Shown here in pieces: positions 49,279-62,001 of a stretch of DNA of 64,000 nt. The first letter of the stretch is position 1. Each line of letters begins with the position of its first letter. This DNA is from the human T2T-CHM13v2.0 reference genome, Homo sapiens, in NCBI RefSeq assembly GCF_009914755.1, contig NC_060925.1; one strand, 5' to 3'. The translations under genes were made by a program, and so were the position numbers. Below the pieces are notes generated by a model that saw only the letters and a list, made by a program, of their open reading frames with translations, did not search any database and was not told the DNA's origin.

Positions 49279-49733
49279 CATGTTTGTTGCAGCACTATTC
49301 ACAATAGCAAAGACTTGGAACCAACCCAAATGCCCACCAATGATAGACTGGATTAAGAAAATGTGGCACATATACATCATGGAATACTATGCAGCCATAA
49401 AAAAGGATGAGTTCATGTCCTTTGCAGGGACATGGATGAGGCTGGAAACCATCATTCTCAGAAAACTAACACAGGAACAGAAAACCAAACACTGCGTGTT
49501 CTCACTCATAAGTGGGAGTTGAACAATGAGAACACAGGGACACAGGGAGGGAAACATCACACAACGGGGCCTGTCGGAGGGTAGGGGGCTAGAGGAGGGA
49601 TAGCATTAGGAGATATACCTGCTGTAGATGACGGGTTGATGGGTGTGACAAACCACCATGGCACATGTATACCTATGTAACAAACCTGCATGTTCTGCAC
49701 ATGTATCCCAGAACTTAAAGTATAATTTTTTAA
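49279..49733 (+). mobile_element. 5'-truncated L1PA (L1PA6-8-like), ~455 bp
   Basis: ORF2 C-terminus plus 3'UTR; TSD aaaaatgttagttaca / aaaaatgctagttaca. Confidence 0.93.
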
Positions 49734-49961
49734 AAAATGCTAGTTACATTATTATTAGAAGTAGTATTATCATATAATCCTCATGAAATCAAATCAGAAG
49801 ATTCTTGTTGAAGAGAACACATTTTTACGGTAAAATGGCTGATTAGATGAGTCAATCCAATCCAAGAAGCTAATTTCGATGAGAATTGTACTTATCTAAA
49901 GAATCACATAAGTAAATCCCTTGTCCTCTATTTCCAAGTCCTAAAGTATAAACAAGTATAA

Positions 49962-50525
49962 TGGAGAGAAAAATGTCTCTTTGACCTCCAAAAGTTTGAT
50001 AATTGAGTCTGTGAAATTGACAGTAGACAGATTAAGAGGAGAAAAAGCATCCAAATTTATTACATACATGGAAGATCACAGAAAGAAAATGGAATACCCC
50101 AAAAACCCAGTGAGATCTAGAAGCTTATATAGTCTCTTCATAGGGGAGAGTAGAAAAGGATATGTAGGCAACTTAGGGGACCATAAATAATTTGGGAGGA
50201 ATGAATAGTTATAGCCTGTGACACAGTCTGTCTGGACATGGCACTGATCTGCAGTCTCTTCTTCTGCCATATGGTTAATTTTCCCTGGTTGATGAGATTT
50301 CCCAGGGAGGAGACTCATTGAGGAGACAATTGAGTTCCATTTTGAAAGACTTATCTTTAGGCAGATAACAGAAGTTCAGAGAGTCCTTCCTATGTCTAGG
50401 GGGATAAATAAATTAGAGACAGGAAGGTAGGAGAAGGTCAGAAGAGACCTTGTTTCTCTCCTAGCTCAAAGCACTCAGCAAGCCAAAGCGCCATACTTTG
50501 GGGTATCATCTTCTGAGCCTCAGCA
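49962..50525 (-). mobile_element. MER34/MER39-family ERV1 solo LTR
   Basis: Minus strand begins tgctgaggctcagaagatgataccccaaagtatggcgctttggc. Confidence 0.8.
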
Positions 50526-50869
50526 CAAGATAAAGTTATGGTTTGGTATTTTAGCCATCCTAACTATTGAAAGACTACTCAAATATTCTCTCACCAAAAT
50601 TTTATTTGTTTTTATTGGTTTTTTTCTAGTTCTTAAGTTTCCCTGCTACTATAACCTAGCTCAGCCTACAGTATCTATACTACCCTTTTTTCCAAATTAG
50701 ATACTTTATTATGACTACCTCTAATTCTCACTATAAAAGCTTATTAATTCTTTTAATCATTTATCTTTTAATTAGGTCCTTTTCACTAAATCAAAGCTTT
50801 AAAATGTGTTGCCTAGTTTCTTCATGAGTTTTTTTTGCATATCACATAGTTTAAAAAAATAACAATTTT

Positions 50870-51540
50870 AATCAAGAAGAAATAGAAAATCTGAAAACTC
50901 CTACGTATACGATAATGTAAGAGCTAAATAAGATTAAAAACTAGAATACTGATTAAGGCAATTCACTACATTAAAAAAAATAGGGAAAAATATGTTCATT
51001 AAGAATATAAAAGGCATTTTATGAAATTCAGTATCCAGTCATGATTTTTAAAAAGGAAAAAAATAGAAATCGCATATAAAGCCAAAAATTGAAAGAAAAT
51101 CCTCAGACTGAAAAAGGACATCTTCATGACCTTCTCCAAAAAGGCATTCCACAAACATGATACTCAATGATTGGAAAAGCATAAAAGATGGTTTGTAGAG
51201 GGGAAGATTTCTACACAGAAAACCTAAATAATCTACCAATTCAAATTAATAAGAGTTCAGCAAAATTTCTGGTCATAGAGTCAATATACAAAGGTCAATT
51301 TAACTTATAGACATCACCAAAAATTAGTTTAAAATGTACATTTAAAAAGATATTCTAAAATTTTTAAATTACCAAGAAATAAATCTAACAAAAAAAGTAT
51401 GAGATTTATAAATAGAAAATGACAAAATGTTGTTGAACAACATTAAAGAACTAGGTAAATTGAAATATATACCATATTTATAATGACTATTCAAAACTGT
51501 AAAGGTGTCAATTCTGTTCAAATCAGGTATCAAAATTATA
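50870..51540 (+). mobile_element. Ancient L1M ORF2 fragments
   Basis: agagttcagcaaa...gtcaatatacaaaggtcaatt; aagaaataaatctaacaaaa. Confidence 0.65.
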
Positions 51541-51637
51541 CTGAGGGTCAAATCATGCTTGTTTATTGTCATTCAATCATTTATTCATTAACACATATTT
51601 TATAATTAGCATACATAAAAATAATGTATTCTCTGCC

Positions 51638-52209
51638 CGTACTAGGGCTATTTTAGTTACGAATAAAGAATAAATCAACTCCAACTAGCTTAAGCGATAA
51701 AGGGAGTGTTCCCATATCCCTAGAAAGGTCTAGGGATCATTTTAGATTCGGGCCCACTAGATTGAAGAACTCAGTGTCATCATTAGGACTCTGTTGGTCT
51801 GACTCTCCCCTTCTCTCTCAGCTCTCTTTTCCTTTGTTATGTTCATTCTCAGGGTCTTCCCACCTGGCAGCAAAATAGCTGTCTTCTACCTGCTACAGGC
51901 TGAAAACCTATTCTCTGCAATCCCAGCAGAAAAGACTTTTCTCAACAGCTGAAACCACACTCCAGGAATTTAGTCTCATTAACCTGGTTTGTTTCACATG
52001 CTATATTACTGTGGCCAGTGGGGAGGGAGGTATGAACTGACTGATCAGGCTTGGGTGACATGCCTCCCTTAGAACTACAATGGAGTCAGCCCATCCCAAT
52101 CACTTGGATTAAGAGTTATAATGAATTCCTACCCCCAAATATAAAAGCTGTTACCAGAAAAAGGGTGAACAGATCCTGTGTAGACCAAAAGCAACACATG
52201 TCCATGACA
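51638..52209 (-). mobile_element. MLT1K/L-like MaLR LTR
   Basis: caactccaactagcttaagc...gctgttaccagaaaaaggg...atgtccatgaca. Confidence 0.7.
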
Positions 52210-52269
52210 GGGTGAACAGAAATAGAAAGATCTTTATTGTTTTCTAATCAGTAGTCATCCATAGTCATC

Positions 52270-52858
52270 AACGAACAGTTCATAAATTTATATTTAAAGC
52301 TCAGACACTTGCTCTGAACTTGTGTCATAAAACAATGGTCAAGAGACATCTTTAATCAAATGTCTTACATAGATCTTAAACTGTGTCCAAGTTTAAACTA
52401 GATGTCTTCTCCTCCAAACATGTTTCTTGTTCTATACCTCCCCTCTCATGTTATTATTTCCATACATCTCAGTGCAGAAAAACAGGAATCATCCTAGACC
52501 ACTCTCCCCTCTCTTTCATCCCTTTATTCAATTGGCCACTTAATGCTAGAGACTCAACCCCCTAAATAGCTTCCAAATGTGTTCTTTCATCAGCATTTCA
52601 CTGACTGCTTTAGCTCAGGCTCTCCTAATTTCTCATACGCATTTGTACAAAGGCTGCCTGACTGGTCTTTGTGCTGCCAACTTCATCCTTTCCGATCCAT
52701 CCTCCACATTCATCATAGTGATGTTTCTATGATATGCTCGGACTTGTAAGTCCTTAAAATTCATCAGTCATTCACCATCAACTTCCAAGTAAGATATGCA
52801 ACTTCTAAATGGAACATGAAAACCTCTACAGGATGTGGTCTGCACCCTCCCTACTGTC

Positions 52859-52893
<35 letters not shown>

Positions 52894-53226
52894 CACTTCT
52901 TCACGCATACCCTACCCAGCTGCAGAACTAAACAAGGTGCACATCCTAAAATGAGCTATTCCCTCTACCTCCCACTTCATCTTCTGAGATGTAGCTGAGA
53001 CATGTCTCTAGAAATCTGTCCTGGAAACCATCCATTCCATTCCATTCACATAGCTTCTCATGTTTCCATCAGTACATTTACCTATTGTAGTCATATGAAG
53101 TTAACTGTCTTCCCCTCTCATCTACAAAATAATTTAGGTTAGGTACATATCTTTTATTCCTTTATCTGATATCTAGCCCAGCACCTGACAAATAGTAGGT
53201 CACTTAATCAAAGTGTATGAATAAAT
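52270..53226 (+). mobile_element. L2 fragments
   Basis: aggaatcatcctagac...ctgcctgactggtct...cccagcacctgacaaatagtaggtcacttaat...tgaataaatg tail. Confidence 0.7.
52861..52892. repeat. (TG)16 microsatellite
   Basis: Perfect run. Confidence 0.97.
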
Positions 53227-54981
53227 GTGCAGGTATATACTCCGTATTAAAAGGTGTTGTGAGGATAAGATGAAATAATATATGTAAAAGTATATTTTAA
53301 AAATTTTAATACTATATAATATAGTATTATATTATGCTATAGTATATATACTATAATATACTATAGTATTATAATGCTATATAGCATATTACATATAAGC
53401 ATATTTTCTGTATTATTATATAAGTTTTAAAACAGCAAGTTTTTAAACCATTATATAATTTAACTATGCTGTGTCTTAACACATGACCTAATTCATGTAA
53501 AACCCAAAATAACAGATTGAGCCAATATTCAAGGGTTTGCTTCTTCCCGTCAGTTCCATTTATTCTAATAAATTCAACCTCTAATATTACTGGTAAATCA
53601 GTGTCCCTAAGTACTCTGTATATTGCAGTGAATTTTTATATGTATTTAAATATTTAAGACTGAATGCAATGAACAACATATTGTGTATGTGTATACCAAA
53701 ATACAGTGACAAATATTTTTCATCCAATTTGTGTTATTATACAATATGTATTTCCTAGAACTGTGTTTACTGTATCCTTGCTCCCTGCTGCATAAATAAA
53801 TGTAGATCTCTAATGGATGGATGACATACATTTTATTCCGCTATGTTCTTCCTCCAGCTGGGTTTAGTCCTATCAAAGCCACCTATCTTAAACTGTAAAC
53901 TATAGTTGCAAGTTTGGGTATACATTTTCTCTCCTATCTAGATTGTAAATCTCTGGAGACCTCACACTATCTCAACTCATACTTGTTTCCCTCATCAAGG
54001 CTCAGCCATGTGCCTGTCCAAGAAAAATACACATTAATGTTTTATTAAATTGAATGGTTCAGCTTAGTCCTTTTGATGAGAAGGAACTATGGGCTGCCTC
54101 TTTTATTTAATGTGTTTGGTTTTTAGGAATTTTTGAACTGTTATTTAATTTAGGTTCTGAAATTATGGTAGGGTTTTCTCTTAAAAGCATAAAGTAATAC
54201 TTTAATGAGAAAATCCAAAAGAGATTCATCACTGGAACTACAAAAGTGAATTTAGCCATCATCCCTCCCCATTTCTTCGTCCCATTGCTTTGTTCCTTTT
54301 TATAAGCACAATGGTTTCATTAAAATGTAAATTATCTGTAACATTGACTTTCCCTTTCCATCTCTCCTTTATTATTAGTTACTTCATTACTTTTTTACTA
54401 GTAACTCACTGTTTCATTACTCTCTTCTTCATTACTAGTGTTTCCATGGAATCAGTAATTAATGGTACAAAGATAAATTCTTTAACATATAGAGTGTTTA
54501 TTTTCTGAACATAAGATTAAAAGTTCCTAGCCTTCAATATTCTAATGCTCCAGTATGATTTTTAAGAATAAGGAGATGTATACTATAGTTGGCAATGTTG
54601 AGTAGACTGGCTTGGGTTGGGTTTACCAGCTTGAGAAGTGAGTTTATGAACTTAGTCACAGACAGACTGCCAGCTGACAATCTGTCAAATTCAGATTACA
54701 AAGACTAACAGAAGAAGAAAATAGATATCATCTGATACTTTCTAGTTAATGTACTGTACACAAAATAACAGGGCAAATGAAGATGATTTTAGGTGGGGAA
54801 ATGGGTCAATCTACTGTCAAGTTTTCCATGGAAATTTGTTGCAAACAAACTTTAATTGGGTTCTTTATTTAGTTAGCCATATTTGAAATATCTTTGAAGA
54901 TAAGATCATTGACTCACATTTTAAGAGGAAGTGATTGGAAAGTAATCTTAAATGTAAAGCTCATGAATACAAATGGGTTTA

Positions 54982-55079
54982 AATGGGGGTCTATTATCAC
55001 CTCAATGCTTGTATGCAACTCCATTAATATTAATGAGAGTTAGACATAAGCATTTATGCGAGATGAATAGACCCTTATT
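54982..55079. mobile_element. Ancient palindromic MITE-like element (PIF/Harbinger-like)
   Basis: Nested inverted arms gggtctatt/aatagaccc, aatgctt/aagcatt, aactc/gagtt, cattaat|attaatg; 3' flank TTA. Confidence 0.55.
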
Positions 55080-55527
55080 GTGTTTACTGCAAGATTGTTT
55101 TGCTTGCCCAGAAACCTGTAGTGTTGAACTCAACCAGAGTTGCCAACAACAATGAATATTAAAAGAAGAAAACTTCAATATTTACAGCTTTTATTTTCTC
55201 TCTCCCTCTCAAAGATATACCATTTCTTACAAGAAAAGGGAATTAAAAATATATGCATTTATTGGCTTGTAAAATTTTGCTTCAAGTGACAAGCTCACTT
55301 CCTACATAAATATTTAATAAGATAGAAATGAATATATAGTAGACTCGTTTCATTCTTCTAAGGGTTAAGTTCCATTTCTGTAAATTGGTTTGTACCCTAT
55401 TTCAGTTCTATCTGTCTTCACCTCTGGGAATTGTCTTTTATTCTTTCATGGTGTATTGAGATCATCAGAGATTTGCTAGTAATTGACCAGTTTGCACATG
55501 AGTGGCATCTGTTAAAAGATAATGTAG

Positions 55528-58500
55528 GGATTCCTGGGCAAAATGGCCGAATAGGAACAGCTCCAGTCTGCAGCTCCCAGCAAGACCAACACAGAAGGCG
55601 GGTGATTTCTGCATTTCTAACTGAGGTACCTGGCTCATCTCATTGGGACTTGTTAGACAGTGGGTGCAGCCCACGGAGGGGGAGCCAAACCAGGGTGGGG
55701 CATGGCCTCACCTGGGAAGCCTAAGAGGTCAAGGAACTCCCTCCCCTAGCCAAGGGAAGCTGTGAGGTACTGTGCCATGAGGGACAGAGCTATCTGGCCC
55801 AGATACTTCACTTTTCCCACTGTCTTCAAAACCTGCAGACCAGGAGATTTTTTGGGTACCCACACCACCAGGGCCCTGGGTTTCAAGCACAAAGCTGGGC
55901 GGCTGTTTGGGCAGACACCAAGCTTAGCTGCAGGAGTTTTTTTTCGTACCCCAGTGGCGACTAGAACATCAGCGAGACAGAACGGTTCACTCCCCTGGAA
56001 AGGGGGCTGAAGCCAGGAAGCCGAGTCTTGCTCAGCAGATCCCAACCCCATGGAGCCCAACAAGCTGAGATCCACTGGCTTGAAATTCTCACTGCCAGCA
56101 CAGCAGTCTGAAGTCAACCTGGGACACTCAAGCTTGGAGGGGGTAGGGGTGTCCACCATTACTGAGGCTTGAGTAGGCGATTTTCCCCTCACAGTGTAAA
56201 CAAAGCCTCCAGCAAGTTCGAACTGAGCAGATCCCACCAGAGGGCCACAAAGCCACTGTAGCCAGACTGCCTCTCTAGATTCCTCCTCTCTGGGCAGGGT
56301 ATTTCTGAAAGAAAGGCAGCAGCTCCAGGCAGGGGTTTATAGATCAAACTCCCAACTCCCTGGGACAGAGCAACTGGGGGAAGGGGCGGCTATGGGCGCA
56401 GCATCACCAGACTTAAACGTTCCTGTCTGCTGGATCTGAAGGGATCAGTGGATCTCTCAGCATAGCACTCAAGCTCTGCTAAGGGACAGACTGCCTCCTC
56501 AAGTGGGGCCCTGACCCCCGTACCTCCTGACAGGGAGACACCTCCCAGCAGGGGTTGACAGGCACCTCATACAGGAGACCTTCGAATGGCATCTGGCAGG
56601 TGCCCCTCTGGGATGAAGCTTCGAGAGGAAGGAGCAGGCTGCAATCTTTGCTGTTCTGCAGCCTCTGCTGGTGATACCCAGGCAAACAGGGTCTGGAGTG
56701 GACCTCCAGCAAACTCCAGCAGACCTGCAGAAGAGGGTCCTGACTGTTAGAAGGAAAACTAACAAACAGGAAGTAATAGCATCAACATCAACAAAAAGGA
56801 TGACCACTCGAAAACCCCATCCAAAGATCACCAACATCAAAGATCAAAGGTAGACAAAACCACAAAGATGAGAAAAGAACAGCACAAAAAGGCTGAAAAT
56901 TCCAAAAACCGGAATGCCTCTTCTCCTCCAAAGGATCACAACTCCTTGCCAGCAAGGGAAGAAAACTGGATGGAGAAAGAGTTTGATGAATGGACAGAAA
57001 TAGGCTTCAGAAGGTAGGTAATAGCAAACTCCTCCAAGTTAAAGGAGCATGTTCTAACCCAATGCAGGGAAGCTAAGAAACTTGATAAAAGGTTACAGGA
57101 ACTGTTAACTAGAATAACCAATTTGGCGAAGAACATAAATGACCTGATGGAGCTGAAAAATACAGCATGAGAACTTCATTAAGCATACACAAGTATCAAC
57201 AGATGAATTGATTAAGCAAAAGAAAGAATATCAGAGACTGAAGATCAACTTAATGAAATAAAGGGTGAAGACAAGATTAGAGAAAAAAAGAATGAAAAGG
57301 AACGAACAAAGCCTCCAAGAAATATGGGACTATGTGAAGAGACTAAACCTATGTTTGATTAGTGTACCTGAAAGTGACAGGGAGAATGGAACCAAGTTGG
57401 AAAACACACTTCAAAATATTATCCCGGAGAACTTCCCCAACCTAGCAAGACAGGCCAACATTCAAATTCAGGAAATACAGAGAACACCACAAAGACACTT
57501 CTCGAGAAGAGCAAACCTAAGACACATAATCATCAGATTCACCAAGGTTGAAATAAAGGAAAAAATGTTAAGGGCAGCCAGAGAGAAAGGTCAAGTTACG
57601 CACAAGGGAAGCCCATCAGACTAACAGTGGATTTCTCTGCAAAAACCCTACAAGCCAGATGACAGTTGGGGCCAACATTCAACATTCTTAAAGAAGAGAA
57701 ATTTCAACCCAGAATTCCATATACAGCCCAACGAAGTTTCATAAGTGAGGGAGAAATAAAATCCTTTATAGACAAGCAAATGCTGACAGATTTTGTCACC
57801 ACCAGGTCTGTCTTACAAGAGCTCCTGAAGGAAGCACTAAATATGGAAAGGAAAAACCAATACCAGCCACTGCAAAAACATACCAAAATGTAAAGACCAT
57901 CAACACTATGAAGAAACTGCATCAACTAATGGGCAAAATAACCAGCTAGCCTCATAATGACAGATCAAATTCATACATACCAATATTAACCTTAAATGTA
58001 AATGGGCTAAATGCCCCAATTAAAAGCCACAGACCGGCAAATTGTATAAAGAATCAAGACCCATCGGTGTGCTGGATTCAGGAGACCCATCTCACATGCA
58101 AAGACACACATCGGCTCAAAATAAAGGGATGGAGAGAGATTTGCCAAGCAAATGGAAAGCAAATAAAAGCAGGGGTTGCAATCCTAGTCCCTGAGGAAAC
58201 AGACTTTAAACCAACAAAGATCAAAAAAAGACAAAGAAGGGCATCACATAACAGTAAAGGGATCAGTGCAACAAGAAGAGCTAACTATCCTAAATATATA
58301 TGCACCCAATACAGGAGCACTCAGATTTATAGTTCTTAGAGATCTACAAAGAGACTTAGACTCCCACATAATAATAGTGGGAGACTTTAACACACCACTG
58401 TCAATATTAAAACAATGAGACAGAAAATTAACAATTATATTCAGAACTTGAACTCAGCTCTGGAACAAGCAGACCTAATAGACATCTACAGAACTCACCA

Positions 58501-61500
58501 TCCCAAATCAACAGAATATACATTCTTCTCAGCACCACATCACTATAGTCTAAGATTGACCACATAATTAGAAGTAAAATTCTCCTCAGCAAATGCAAAA
58601 GAATGGAAATCATAATAAACAGTCTCTCAGACCACAGTGCAATCAAATTAGAACTCAGGATTAAGAAACTCACTCAAAACCGCACAACTGCACGGAAACT
58701 GAACAATCTGCTCCTGAATGACTACTGGGTAAATAATGAAATTAAGGCAGAAATAAAGATGTTCTTTGAAACCACTGAGAACAAAGAAACAACATACCAG
58801 AATCTCAGGGACACAGCTAAAGCAGTTTTTAGAGGGAAATTTATAGCACTAAATGCCCACAGGGGAAAGCAGGAAAGATCTAAAATCGAAACCCTAACAT
58901 CAAAATTAAAAGAAGTAGAGAAGCAAGAGCAAACAAATTCAAAAGCTAGCAGAAGACTAGAAACAACTAAGATCAGAGCAGAACTGAAGGAGATAGAGAC
59001 ACAAAAAAACCTTCAAAAAAATCAATGAATCCAGGAGCTGGTTTTTGAAAAGATCAACAAAATAGATAGACTGCTAGCCAGACTAATAAAGAAGAAAAGA
59101 GAGAAGAATCAAATAGACCCAGTAAAAAATAATAAAGCAGCTATCACCACTGATGCCACAGAAATACAAACTACCATCAGAGAATACTATAAACACCTCT
59201 ACACAAATAAACTAGAAAATCTAGAAAAATGGATAAATTCCTGGACATATACACCCTCCCAAGACTAAACCAGGAAGAAGTTGAATCCTTGAATAGACCA
59301 ATAACAATTTCTGAAATTGAGGCAGTAATTAATAGCCTACCAACCAAAAAAAGCCCAAGAGCAGATGGATTCACAGCTGAATTCTACCAGAGATACAAAG
59401 AGAAACTGGTACTATTCCTTCTAAAACTATTCCAAGCAATAGAAAAGGAGAGACTCCTCCCTAACTCTCTTTATGAGGCCAGCATCATCCCTATACCAAA
59501 ACCTGGCAGAGACACAACAAAAACAAAAAAAGAAAATTTCAGGCCAATATCCCTGATGAACATCAATGCGAAAATCCTCAATAAAATCCTGGCAAACCAA
59601 ATCCAGCAGTACATTAAAAAGCTTATCCACCATGATCAAGTTGGCTTCATCCCTGCGATGCAAGCCTGGTTCAACATATGCAAATCAATAAATGTAGTCC
59701 ATCACATAAATAGAACCAATGACAAAAACCACATGATTATCTCAATGATACAGAAAAGGAGTTCAACAAAATTCAACAGCCCTTCATACTAAAAACTCTC
59801 AATAAACTAGGTTTTGATGCGATGTATCTCAAATTAATAAGAGCTATTTATGACAAGCCCACAGCCTATATATTACTGGATGGGCAAAAGCTGGAAGCAT
59901 TCCCTTTGAAAACCAGCACAAGACATGGATACCCTCTCTCACCACTCCTATTCAACATAGTATTGGAAGTTCTGGCCAGGGCAATCAGGCAAGAGGAAGA
60001 AATAAAGTGTATTCAAATAGAAAAAGATGAAGTCAAATTGTCTCTGTTTGCAGATGACATGATTGTATCTTTAGAAAACCCCATCGTCTCAGCCCAAAAA
60101 CTCCTTATAGCTGATAAACAACTTCAGCAAAGTCTCAGGATACAAAATCAAAGTGCAAACATCACAAGCATTCCTATACACCAACAATAGACAGACAGAG
60201 AACCAAATCATGAGTGAACTCCCATTCACAATTACTATGAAGAGAATAAAATACCTAGTAATATAACTCAGAAGGGATGCGAAGAACCTCTTCAAGGAGC
60301 ACTACAAACCACTGCTCAAGGAAATAAGAGAGGACACAAACAAATGGGAAAACATTCCATGCTCATGGATAGGAAGAATCAATATCGTGAAAATGGCCAT
60401 ACTGCCCAAAGTAATTTTTAGATTCAATGCTATCCCCATCAAGCTACCACTGACTTTCTTTACAGAATTTTAAAAAGCTATATTAAATTTCATATGGAAC
60501 CATAGAAGAGCCCAGATAGCCAAGGGAATCCAAACCAAAAGAACAAACCTGGAGGCATCATGCTACCTGACTTCAAACTATACTACAAGGCTACAGTAAC
60601 CAAAACAGCATGGTACTGGTACAAAAACAGATATATAGACTAATGGAACAGAACAGAAGCCTGTGGAACAGTTGCAGATATAACACCACACATCTGCAAC
60701 CATCTGATCTTTGACAAACGTGACACAAACAAGCAATGGGGAAAGGATTCCCTATTTAATAAATGGTGTTGGGAAAACTGGCTAGCCATATGCAGAAAAC
60801 TGAATCTGGACCCCTTCCTTACACCTTATACAAAAATTAACTCAAGATGGTTTAAAGATTTAAACATAAGAACTAAAACCATGAAAACCCTAGAAGAAAA
60901 TCTAGGCAATACCATTCAGAACATAGGCATGGGCAAGGACTTCATGACTAAAACACCAAAAGCAATGGCAACAAAAGCCAGAATTGACAAATGGGGTCTA
61001 ATTAAACTAAAGAGCTTCTGCACAGCAAAAGAAACTATCATCAGAGTGAATAGGCAACCAACACAATGGGAGAAAATTTTTGCAATCTATCCATCTGACA
61101 AAGGGCTAATATCCAGAATCCACAAGAATCTTAAGCAAATTTACAATTAAAAAAAAAACCCATCAAAAAGTGGGCAAAGGATATGAACAGACACTTTTCA
61201 AAAGAAGACATTTATGCTGCCAACAAACATGAAAAAATGCTCATCATGACTGGTCATTAGAGAAATGCAAATCAAATCCACAATAAGATACCATCTCATG
61301 CCCCTTAGAATGGCGATTATTAAAAAGTCAGGAAACAACAGATGCTGGAGAGGATGTGGAAAAATAGGAGTGCTTTTACACTGTTGGTGGGAGTATAAAT
61401 TAGTTCAACCATTGTGGAAGACAGTGTGGTGATTCCTAAAGGATCTACAACTAGAAATACCATTTGACCCAGCAATCCCGTTACTGGTTATATACCCAAA

Positions 61501-62001
61501 GGATTACAAATCATTCTACTATAATGACACATGCACATATATGTTTATTGCAGCACTATTCACAATAGCAAAGACTTGGAACCAACCCAAATGCCCATCA
61601 AAGATAGACTGGATAAAGAAAATGTGGCACACATACACCATGGAATACTATGCAGCCATAAAAAATGATGAGTTCATGTCCTTTGCAGGGACATGGATGA
61701 AGCTGGAAACCATCATTCTCAGCAAACTAACGCAGGAACAGAAAACCAAACATCGTTCTCTCATAAGTGGGAGTTGAACAATAAGAACATATGAGCACAG
61801 GGAGGGGAATATCACACACTGGGGTCTGTCATGGGGTTGGGGGCAAGGGGAGGTATAGCATTAGGAGAAATACCTAATGTAGATGACGGGTTGATGGGTG
61901 CAGCAAACCACCATGGCACACGTATGCCTATGTAACAAACTTGCATATTCTGCACATGTATACCAGAACTCAAGTATAATTAAAAAAAGAAGAAGAAAAA
62001 A
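55528..62001 (+). mobile_element. Full-length L1PA7-like LINE-1 (~6.47 kb), inactive
   Basis: 5'UTR, ORF1, ORF2 (EN, RT LFADDM, C-terminus), 3'UTR and A-tail; exact TSD aaaagataatgtag at 55514-55527 and 62002-62015 after tt (TT/AAAA endonuclease site); many stops and frameshifts. Confidence 0.96.
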
